32,000 nucleotides of DNA from Haloferula sp. (lineage in GTDB: Bacteria; Verrucomicrobiota; Verrucomicrobiia; Verrucomicrobiales; Akkermansiaceae): positions 4,401 through 36,400 of the forward strand of contig NZ_JBATWY010000099.1 in assembly GCF_049672945.1 (NCBI RefSeq), given 5' to 3'. Positions 9,832 to 16,497 of the stretch are shown here, in pieces. The notes under the pieces are model-generated. The model was not told the origin of the DNA and made no database searches. It was given only the letters and a program-made list of their open reading frames with translations. Position 1 is the stretch's first letter. Each line of letters begins with the position of its first letter. Position numbers and translations under genes: made by a program.

Positions 9832-10068
9832 TCAAATCCGCCGCTCTGGATCCTGAAGACCCCTGAATTGCCGGTAGAGCACCTCCACCTTGGTCCTGGC
9901 CCACGGAGTTCTCCTCAGGAATTTCAAACTCGATGTGATGGAAGGCTCATGGCTGAAGCAGTTGATCCGGATTCGGAAGGAAAGATCCTCCCAGCCGTAG
10001 GCCTCAACCAGCTCGGTCAGCATCTTCTCAAGGGTAATGCCGTGAAGCGGATCTTGGCTCATCGCCAT
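9832..10068 (-). CDS. DUF2132 / VF530-family small putative DNA-binding protein
   Basis: 78 aa. [60 protein letters not shown] matches my memory of the DUF2132 consensus almost block for block. Confidence 0.85.
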   Translation of the reverse strand: MAMSQDPLHGITLEKMLTELVEAYGWEDLSFRIRINCFSHEPSITSSLKFLRRTPWARTKVEVLYRQFRGLQDPERRI

Positions 10069-10170
10069 GGCTCATACAGGATCGCAGGCCATTGGCAAGA
10101 CCGAGCCCCTCGCCCCGCGCCCGGGCTCAACACTAGACAAAGCCTCCCCGAGCGAGCACAAGCTCTCGTC

Positions 10171-10455
10171 ATGAAGAAGTCCTTCCCGCTTACCGATCCG
10201 AAACATCAACCCGAACGAGTGGTCGCCTCCATCAAGAACGACGTCCGGAAATACGTGAAGCGCGAGCGCCGCAAGGAGCTTCCTGAAGGGGTTGATTTCT
10301 GGGACTTCGCCTGCAAGGTGGGAAAAGACGAGGCCACTCCTGAAGCCTGCCACCTCGAAGAAGTCGTCAAAGCCATCGATGCCGTCGCGAACTCCGGCGG
10401 CACCTCGGTTTACGTCGAGATCATTGCCACTCCTGGCGTCAGAAATCGACGCTAA
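10171..10455 (+). CDS. DUF6172-family small basic protein
   Basis: The internal ATG at 10171 gives MKKSFPLTDPKHQPERVVASIKNDVRKYVKRERRKELPEGVDFWDFACKVG.. . The longer track ORF (from 9868) is antisense to the DUF2132 gene and was trimmed. Confidence 0.75.
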   Translation: MKKSFPLTDPKHQPERVVASIKNDVRKYVKRERRKELPEGVDFWDFACKVGKDEATPEACHLEEVVKAIDAVANSGGTSVYVEIIATPGVRNRR

Positions 10456-10609
10456 AGCGAGGCGGTTTTCCCATTTCGAAGCTACCGTCGGACTGATTGG
10501 AAAAAACTCACAAGATTCCACATGCATGCATTTCATTTCATGCTTTCTTAGTCATGTGCCCGGTGGTGAAACTGCTGGGCGGAAACAAACATACGACCCA
10601 ACCAAAACT

Positions 10610-11311
10610 ATGAAGCATCCCCTAAATGGAATCCTTGCAAGCGCGTTTCTTCTCTCTGGAAGCCTTTACGCTGCTGACCTGCCACCAACTGCTGAAGAGC
10701 AGAAAGCACTGACCCCGAAAGCGGTTCTTGATCAGCTGATGGCCGGCAACGCCCGCTATGCCGAAGGCAAGCTCGCCAATCCAAATATCGAAAAGCGTCT
10801 CAAAGCCACCTCGACCGGCCAGTTTCCGAAAGCCTACATTCTTTCGTGCGTCGACTCTCGAGTTCCGGTTGAAATGGTCTTCGATCAAGGAATCGGCGAT
10901 GTCTTCGTCGGCCGCGTTGCCGGTAATATCGAGTCCGTCGAACAACTTGGTTCGGTTGAATTTGCCACCAAAGCCGCCGGCGCCAAGCTGGTGATGGTCC
11001 TCGGCCACGAAGCTTGTGGCGCCGTCAAAGGAGCCTGCGATCACGTCAAAATGGGCAACCTGACCGCACTTCTTGCTGAAATCGAGCCCGCCGTGAACGC
11101 GGTCGAAGGCTTCGAAGAGGATCAGGAAAACTCGAAGAATCCCGAATTCGTCGCAGCTGTGATCGAGAAGAACGTGCGGATGACCGTTGCCGACCTGCGC
11201 AAGCGCAGCGAAGTCCTTTCCGAGTTGGAAAAGAACGGTGACATCATGATCGTCGGAGGCGTTTACGACCTCGACGACGGCAAGGTCACCCTTCTCGACA
11301 TCGCCGAGTAA
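10610..11311 (+). CDS. beta-class carbonic anhydrase with N-terminal Sec signal peptide (exported)
   Basis: The ATG at 10610 gives MKHPLNGILASAFLLSGSLYA/ADLPP. The beta-CA zinc and active-site blocks are CVDSRVPVEMVFDQGIGDVFVGRVAGN and VLGHEACGAVKGAC. The upstream part of the track ORF (from 10292) has no CA similarity. Confidence 0.9.
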   Translation: MKHPLNGILASAFLLSGSLYAADLPPTAEEQKALTPKAVLDQLMAGNARYAEGKLANPNIEKRLKATSTGQFPKAYILSCVDSRVPVEMVFDQGIGDVFVGRVAGNIESVEQLGSVEFATKAAGAKLVMVLGHEACGAVKGACDHVKMGNLTALLAEIEPAVNAVEGFEEDQENSKNPEFVAAVIEKNVRMTVADLRKRSEVLSELEKNGDIMIVGGVYDLDDGKVTLLDIAE

Positions 11312-11350
11312 GTCTCGGCGAAAGCCTCTTGTTGGACAAAGTATGAACCA

Positions 11351-11380
11351 AAAACGGTCGCCTTCGGGCGGCCGTTTTTT
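11351..11380 (+). terminator. Rho-independent terminator of the carbonic anhydrase gene
   Basis: AAAACGGTCGCC-TTCG-GGCGGCCGTTTT hairpin with one G:U pair, followed by a TTTTTT run. Confidence 0.65.
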
Positions 11381-11405
11381 CTTACACGCATTGGGGGTTC
11401 CCGTC

Positions 11406-11508
11406 GTGGCATGACCGTCCCGGTCATGATTGCAAGAGTCTGCGGGGCCGCTTGAACTTGGCGCTGTTCTACCTTCCGGATGAGCCATGACCGAGACGGT
11501 CATGCCAC
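11406..11508. repeat. paired hairpin / 14-bp terminal inverted repeat element in a 400-bp convergent intergenic region
   Basis: GTGGCATGACCGTC (11406-11419) is the exact reverse complement of GACGGTCATGCCAC (11495-11508). Each arm is also a local hairpin: CATGACCG-TCC-CGGTCATG at 11410-11428 and CATGACCG-AGA-CGGTCATG at 11486-11504. Confidence 0.5.
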
Positions 11509-11717
11509 GGTGCCAGCAGCTGGTTACCGATCTTTGAACGGCGTGCCATTCGTCACCGTTCTCAAAATCTGGAGCCCGATCTACCATGATTGAGCGGATG
11601 ATTTCAGGATGTCGTGCCTTTCATCCTCCTCATCCAATTCATCTTGGTCCAAATCCCTACCCGCACCTCATTACCCTGGCCACCGCCACCACTTGGCCAC
11701 CCTAATCTTGGTAAACC

Positions 11718-12545
11718 CTACTGCTTTTCAAGGCGCTGCTTCAGCTCCTTCAGGGTTTTCTCCATGCTTTCCAGCAACTCCATGGCCTCATTCACCGGCA
11801 GCTTCGGATCGGGCAGCGTTGAGAGTTCCTGCATCGTCGAAACAATGATCCCAATGAAGAGATTCAGGATCGTGAATGTCGCGATGATGATGAAAGGCAC
11901 GAAAAATGCCCAAGCCCAGGGATGAACTTCCATGACTGGCCGGACGATCCCCATCGACCAACTCTCCAAGGTCATGATCTGAAAGAGGGAGTAAAGGCTG
12001 TGGCCAAGACTTCCGAACCACTGGGGATGACTCTCACCGAACAGCCCGGTCGCCAGCACCCCTGCGGTGTAGAAGAAAATCGCCATCACCGCGACCACTC
12101 CCAGCAAGCCGGGAATGGCATGAAGGAAAGCCGCCACGACACGCCGAAGCTGCGGAATCACCGTCAGCAAGCGCAGAACCCGGAGCACTCTCAGCGATCG
12201 CAGCACCGACCACGGCCCGATCCCCGGAACCAGCGCGATCCCCACCACGAGGAGATCGAAAATGTTCCAGCCATTCCGCCAAAACAAGCGGCGGTAGGCG
12301 AAGATCTTGATCGCCAACTCAAGGATGAAAAAAACCAGACAGGCTTTGTCGATCATCCTGAGGATCGTCCCGTGGCGCTCCATCATCGCCGCCGAGGTCT
12401 CGAATCCGAGAATGACGGCATTGATCAGGATCACCACCACCACCACCATCTGCATCCGTGAGCCATCAATCCACTCGGCCAAACGCAGACGTCCGCCCGA
12501 GACACCCGGGGAACCGCGCAAGGCAGCTAGGTCCTCTTCACTCAT
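11718..12545 (-). CDS. bacterial voltage-gated sodium channel (NaChBac/BacNaV family, single 6-TM domain)
   Basis: The S4 segment has Arg every third residue (LRSLRVLRVLRLLTVIPQLRR). The pore/selectivity filter LFQIMTLESWSMGIVRPV carries the NaChBac TLESW signature. There is a C-terminal coiled coil (ELLESMEKTLKELKQRLEKQ). The start is trimmed to the ATG at 12545 (MSEEDL..) so it does not overlap the upstream regulator gene. Confidence 0.9.
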   Translation of the reverse strand: MSEEDLAALRGSPGVSGGRLRLAEWIDGSRMQMVVVVVILINAVILGFETSAAMMERHGTILRMIDKACLVFFILELAIKIFAYRRLFWRNGWNIFDLLVVGIALVPGIGPWSVLRSLRVLRVLRLLTVIPQLRRVVAAFLHAIPGLLGVVAVMAIFFYTAGVLATGLFGESHPQWFGSLGHSLYSLFQIMTLESWSMGIVRPVMEVHPWAWAFFVPFIIIATFTILNLFIGIIVSTMQELSTLPDPKLPVNEAMELLESMEKTLKELKQRLEKQ

Positions 12546-12579
12546 CGACACCTGATCATTCGAATTTCCTGAGTCACGC

Positions 12580-12891
12580 TCAACCCAGGATTTCAAGCAA
12601 CTCGCCAATCGAATGGCGACTCTCCAACGGATGCCGGAAGCGGGCTTTGCGGTTGATGGTGTAGTGGTTTCGACGCCCATCCTTGCGCACTTTCAGCACC
12701 TTCTCTTCGATCAACTCCGCGAGAATCCTCTGCACCGCACGCTGGGTAATCCCCACTTCGTCCGCAAGGTCCCTGATCCGCATTGCCGGCTCACGATCCA
12801 GAACCACCAGGATATGGAAGTGATTGGTAAGAAAAGTCCATCCACTACCCACAGCAGGACTCGAAGATGCTCGCGATGATTTTTGTTGCAT
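12580..12891 (-). CDS. winged-helix transcriptional regulator (ArsR/MarR-like)
   Basis: MRIRDLADEVGITQRAVQRILAELIEEKVLKVRKDGRRNHYTI forms an HTH plus wing. The start is either the ATG at 12891 or the GTG at 12903. It lies 34 nt upstream of the channel gene on the same strand. Confidence 0.8.
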   Translation of the reverse strand: MQQKSSRASSSPAVGSGWTFLTNHFHILVVLDREPAMRIRDLADEVGITQRAVQRILAELIEEKVLKVRKDGRRNHYTINRKARFRHPLESRHSIGELLEILG

Positions 12892-12898
12892 GAATTTT

Positions 12899-12924
12899 AA
12901 CACACGATACTCCGGACGTGTGTT
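12899..12924. promoter_or_regulatory. candidate operator: perfect 8-bp inverted repeat in the divergent regulator/sbtA control region
   Basis: AACACACG-N10-CGTGTGTT sits in the ~90-bp gap between the winged-helix regulator start and the sbtA start. A regulatory function is inferred only. Confidence 0.3.
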
Positions 12925-12981
12925 GCTTAGCGCCGCTCATTTTGAAAGTCAAGCGGGCACCTCAGGCAATACCTGATCGCC

Positions 12982-13935
12982 GTGGACCTTCTCATTCAGA
13001 ATCTGATCTCTCCCGTCGTTCTTTCGTTCGTTCTTGGAATGCTCGCCCGATGGGTGAGAAGCGATCTGGAAATTCCGAGTGCCATCTACCAGGGGATGTC
13101 GATCTACCTGCTCTTTGCCATCGGCCTTAAAGGAGGCGTCTCCCTCTCGGAAACTCCAGTAAGCGAGCTCATCGCGCCTGCCGGACTGACGCTCGTGCTC
13201 GGTGCCCTCACCCCGCTGTCCGCCTTCTTCCTGCTCCGCAGCTTCGGCAAGTTGAGCCGGGTGGACGCCGCGGCGACCGCCGCTCACTACGGTTCGGTTT
13301 CGGCCGTGACCTTCATCGCCAGCCTCGAGGCGGTGAAACTCGCAGGCCTGCCCTCGAATGGATACCTCCCCGCCCTGCTGGCAGTCCTTGAGGTCCCCGG
13401 CATCATCATCGGCTTGCTCCTTGCGCGTCAATCGCGCGCCGGCGGATTGAAATCGGCCCTGCACGAAGTCGCCACCGGCAAGAGCATCTTCCTCATGGTC
13501 GGCGGACTGGTCATCGGAGCGGTCTGCGGAGCCACCAAGGTCGAAGGCGTGGCGCCCTTCTTCGTCACCCCGTTCAAAGGAGTGCTCTGCCTTTTCCTGC
13601 TCGAGCTTGGAATGGTCGCGGCGGGACGAATCGGCGACCTCAAGAGCGCCGGCTGGCGACTCATCGTCCTCGGATGCTTCCTTCCCATTTTCCATGGCAC
13701 CATCGCCACTTCTCTGGCCATGTGGATCGGCATGGCACCCGGCGGGGCGGCGGTTTTCGGAGCCATGGTCAGCAGCGCCTCCTACATCGCGGCACCAGCC
13801 GCCGTGCGTATCGCCTTGCCCCAGGCCAGTCCCGGGATCTATCTTACCCTCTCACTTGGAGTGACCTTTCCCTTCAATCTTGCGATCGGCATTCCCATCT
13901 ATCTCAAAGTCGCCGCTTACCTCTACCAGACATGA
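12982..13935 (+). CDS. sbtA: sodium-dependent bicarbonate transporter SbtA-family permease
   Basis: GTG start. It is polytopic, and MDLLIQNLISPVVLSFVLGMLARWVRSDLEIPSAIYQGMSIYLLFAIGLKGG is the typical SbtA N-terminus. It shows a two-fold internal repeat architecture. Its stop overlaps the sbtB start (ATGA). Confidence 0.9.
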   Translation: MDLLIQNLISPVVLSFVLGMLARWVRSDLEIPSAIYQGMSIYLLFAIGLKGGVSLSETPVSELIAPAGLTLVLGALTPLSAFFLLRSFGKLSRVDAAATAAHYGSVSAVTFIASLEAVKLAGLPSNGYLPALLAVLEVPGIIIGLLLARQSRAGGLKSALHEVATGKSIFLMVGGLVIGAVCGATKVEGVAPFFVTPFKGVLCLFLLELGMVAAGRIGDLKSAGWRLIVLGCFLPIFHGTIATSLAMWIGMAPGGAAVFGAMVSSASYIAAPAAVRIALPQASPGIYLTLSLGVTFPFNLAIGIPIYLKVAAYLYQT

Positions 13936-14249
13936 GCAAAAAGGTTTCACTCAAGCTCGTCACCATCGTCACCGAAGGTCTGCTTAAGGAAGAGTTCATG
14001 ACCCTGCTGCGCAAGCATGGAGCCACCGGCTTCACCATCACCCGCAGCGAAGGCGAAGGCTCGCGCGGAGCCAAGACCCGCGATTGGGAAGGTCCGAACC
14101 TCCGTTTTGAATGCATCGTTTCCGAAAAAACAGCGGACATCATCCTCGAGAATATCGGGAAGGTCTACTTTGAGAACTATTCGGTGATTGCCTGGATTAC
14201 CGACGTCACCGTTCTCCGGGGAAGCAAGTTTGTCGGAGACAGCGAGTAA
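13932..14249 (+). CDS. sbtB: PII-like signalling protein SbtB
   Basis: The ATG at 13932 gives MSKKVSLKLVTIVTEGLLKEEFMTLLRKHGATGFTITRSEGEGSRG..NLRFECIVSEKTADIILENIGKVYFENYSVIAWITDVTVLRGSKF. This aligns by eye with cyanobacterial SbtB (KLVIVTE..GA.GYT..G.GSR..FE..KYF..VL.G..F). It lacks the cyanobacterial C-terminal CGPEGC redox loop. The track ORF from 13674 overlaps sbtA out of frame and was trimmed. Confidence 0.85.
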   Translation: MSKKVSLKLVTIVTEGLLKEEFMTLLRKHGATGFTITRSEGEGSRGAKTRDWEGPNLRFECIVSEKTADIILENIGKVYFENYSVIAWITDVTVLRGSKFVGDSE

Positions 14250-14424
14250 GCTCGGCTCACCCGCTGGACTTTCCGGAAGCGGCGGCCGTCATCAGCCTCA
14301 CCAACTCAAGCAGCCCTTCGGTTTCGGACTCCCGTTTCCACACCGCCGAAGAGACCAGCGTCAGCTTCGGCTTGCTCATTTTGACAAACACGACCCCCGA
14401 GTGAGGCAGCAGGCTGACGTCGTG
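14079..14424. repeat. direct repeat copy A (~345 bp: functional sbtB 3' end + duplicated lysR 3' end)
   Basis: By hand alignment it matches 16154..16497 at an offset of 2075 then 2073 nt. Confidence 0.9.
14257..14424 (-). pseudogene. orphan 3' fragment of the LysR-family regulator gene (last 55 codons + stop)
   Basis: I count 3 mismatches in 168 nt against 16330..16497, of which 2 are synonymous and 1 gives G to S. It would encode HDVSLLPHSGVVFVKMSKPKLTLVSSAVWKRESETEGLLELVRLMTAAASGKSSG* and has no upstream part of the gene. Confidence 0.8.
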
Positions 14425-14490
14425 TTGCAAAGCACCATTTCACATTCGTTTCTTTCCAAATGCCGAGGGATTCGCTTTCCTACCACCATA

Positions 14491-16137
14491 ATGAAACGAC
14501 TTGTTCCGATGCTTTGCCTTTTCTTCGCTTGTCCAGGCTTTGCCAACGAGGCAGCCTTGCAGGCTCAACTCAAGGAACTTCAGAAAGTCACGGATGCTCT
14601 GGGAGAGCCGGATGCAGAGAACCAAAAGGAAGTCTACGCGGTCCAGATTGCCCGGTCGACGACCCAGTCTCTTGCGACGCAATTCTCCAGCGGCAACTTT
14701 CAATCAATGCAGGCGCAGATCCAACAGTCGTCATCACAACTTGCGGCACTTCCCAATGACTTCCGAAAGGCTTTGAATGCGTTCAACATCGAACTCGAAA
14801 AGCACTTGCAAGAGCTGAACGAGGCTCGAATCGAGGAACTCGAAGACTTCTTCGCGCGCCTGAGAGACGAAATCATCGCCGCGAAAAAGCCCGAAGACCT
14901 CGACCCACTCCTTGAGGAAATTTCGCAGCGATCCACAGACCGCAGCTACGGTTCAGGGAAGCTGAATCAGGAAATCTCAAATCTTCAGCAGAAGGTCTCC
15001 CAAAGTTCAGCCATCGTTTCCGAGTGGCAGAACTATCTCATGGCCGAAAGCATCAACGATGGCCCAGCCTGCAAAAGAGCTCTGGAGAATGTTTCACGCT
15101 ATCTAAGCTCCAACCCGCTAATTCCCCGCTCCCACGTGTTGCGACTCTTGAATCCCCAGGTCTCCGTTCCGGCACCAACACCGCCCAAACCCGAGAAAGG
15201 TGCTGATCCCACGTCGGCAGCCGACGCTGAGGCTTTTACTCCGTTTCCTGAAATCGAAAAGGCACTCGAACGCGGCGGCGATTGGAATGAAATCGCGAAG
15301 TTGCTCGCCGCGCTACCCCCAGCCCAACAAGCCGACCAACGGATCAGCGAGTTCCGAAGTGCCATCGAAAAACTCATCACCCTTTCTGCCTTGGATGAAG
15401 CGGTTTCGTTCCTCGAACTGATCGACGCCATCATAAATGCCAACGAGGAAGCATGGATCCTCAAAGGCACATCATTCCGCGCAGCACGGGACAGTTTCCT
15501 GATGAAGTCCCTCCAACGGCACTATGCCGAGACTTTGAAAAAGTCCGAGATCAAGGCCACTTCTCCGGCCCAACTTCTCGATCAGCTGACTTCCCATTAT
15601 TTGGATCTCCGCGAGTGGGCCTTGGCCTCAAAGGTGCTATCGGATCAGGAAGCCTTGGCCCGGCTTGATCGCTTCGGTAGTGAGCGGATCTACTCAAGCG
15701 ATGCAGAAGCCCTGAAGGCGCTCGCGCGAGCCGAGGCCGCCGCCTCGGCCGAAGAAATCGAGCTCGCGATCAAATACTATCGGCTCGCTGCGGAAAAGTC
15801 CTCCGACGCGCGGGTCTTCCGGGCCTCATTCGAGGGCCTCAAGGCCTTGAAGGAAACCAAGCCTGAGGCCTTTGAAAAGGCGGAAGAGGAAGCGAGAGAG
15901 GACGCGGCCATCCAACGGGCAAAGCGAAAAAGCTACCTCGTCCGCGACAGTCGCAATCGCTCGATGGAATCCATGGCACAGCAGGTGGGAAAAGATGGTG
16001 AGATCCCCGACAAGTTGAAGAATTACATCCAAAAATTGCTGAGAGACGAAATGCCCGACATTCGCATCAACTTCCTTGAGACCATACTCGATGAGTCCAG
16101 CGATACCACGACCCGCGAGGACAAGGCCGAGCACTAA
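14491..16137 (+). CDS. secreted, predominantly alpha-helical hypothetical protein (548 aa), no recognisable family
   Basis: The ATG at 14491 gives the signal peptide MKRLVPMLCLFFACPGFA/NEAALQ. The remainder is a long E/K/Q/A/L-rich helical or coiled-coil-like sequence with a Pro-rich linker (VPAPTPPKPEKGADP). Sampled lines are about 45-52% GC, against about 60-65% in the neighbours. The first 101 codons of the track ORF (from 14188) are antisense to the lysR fragment and were trimmed. Confidence 0.75.
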   Translation: MKRLVPMLCLFFACPGFANEAALQAQLKELQKVTDALGEPDAENQKEVYAVQIARSTTQSLATQFSSGNFQSMQAQIQQSSSQLAALPNDFRKALNAFNIELEKHLQELNEARIEELEDFFARLRDEIIAAKKPEDLDPLLEEISQRSTDRSYGSGKLNQEISNLQQKVSQSSAIVSEWQNYLMAESINDGPACKRALENVSRYLSSNPLIPRSHVLRLLNPQVSVPAPTPPKPEKGADPTSAADAEAFTPFPEIEKALERGGDWNEIAKLLAALPPAQQADQRISEFRSAIEKLITLSALDEAVSFLELIDAIINANEEAWILKGTSFRAARDSFLMKSLQRHYAETLKKSEIKATSPAQLLDQLTSHYLDLREWALASKVLSDQEALARLDRFGSERIYSSDAEALKALARAEAAASAEEIELAIKYYRLAAEKSSDARVFRASFEGLKALKETKPEAFEKAEEEAREDAAIQRAKRKSYLVRDSRNRSMESMAQQVGKDGEIPDKLKNYIQKLLRDEMPDIRINFLETILDESSDTTTREDKAEH

Positions 16138-16153
16138 CAGCTTGACAGACATT

Positions 16154-16497
16154 CGTGATTGCGAAGGCCCTGATCTCCGCTTCGAATGCATCGTTCCCGA
16201 GGAAACGGCGGACACCATCCTCAAAAACTGGGAAGGTCTACTTCGAGAACTATTCGCTGATTGCCTAAATTACTGACGTCACCGTCTTGCGGGGAAGCAA
16301 GTTTGTTGGAGCTGGCGAGTGACTTCAACTCACCCGCCGGACTTTCCGGAAGCGGCGGCCGTCATCAGCCTCACCAACTCAAGCAACCCTTCGGTTTCGG
16401 ACTCCCGTTTCCACACCGCCGACGAGACCAGCGTCAGCTTCGGCTTGCTCATTTTGACAAACACGACCCCCGAGTGAGGCAGCAGGCTGACGTCGTG
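16154..16497. repeat. direct repeat copy B (~345 bp: decayed sbtB 3' end + functional lysR 3' end)
   Basis: See copy A. The boundary between the roughly 81%-identical and roughly 98%-identical parts falls at the lysR stop codon. Confidence 0.9.
16157..16322 (+). pseudogene. decayed 3' fragment of an sbtB-like gene
   Basis: It reads ..RDCEGPDLRFECIVPEETADTILKN against sbtB ..RDWEGPNLRFECIVSEKTADIILEN. A 2-nt deletion then shifts the frame, followed by an in-frame TAA equivalent (gcctaaatt). The sbtB 5' two-thirds are absent. Confidence 0.8.

Noticed and set aside
10622-11587. 321-aa minus-strand ORF spanning the CA gene and the spacer
   Set aside because: It is antisense to the beta-carbonic anhydrase for most of its length. 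The remaining part in the spacer has no protein-like character and crosses the CA terminator hairpin.
12425-12450. (CAC/GTG)5 trinucleotide run
   Set aside because: It simply encodes the Val5 stretch (MQMVVVVVILI) of the first transmembrane helix of the Na+ channel. There is no sign of phase-variable function.
12949-13695. 248-aa minus-strand ORF
   Set aside because: It is antisense to sbtA. It is highly charged and Gly/Arg/Glu-rich, whereas the + frame encodes a canonical polytopic SbtA.
14188-14490. Near-identical N-terminal peptide '..SPAGLSGSGGRHQPHQLKQPFGFGLPFPHRRRDQRQLRLAHFDKHDPRVRQQADVV' shared by + ORFs 14188..16137 and 16261..16797, which looks like a repeated protein domain
   Set aside because: It is the antisense reading of the duplicated lysR 3' end. 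The real information is the DNA repeat. The 649-aa ORF really starts at the ATG at 14491, which has a signal peptide.
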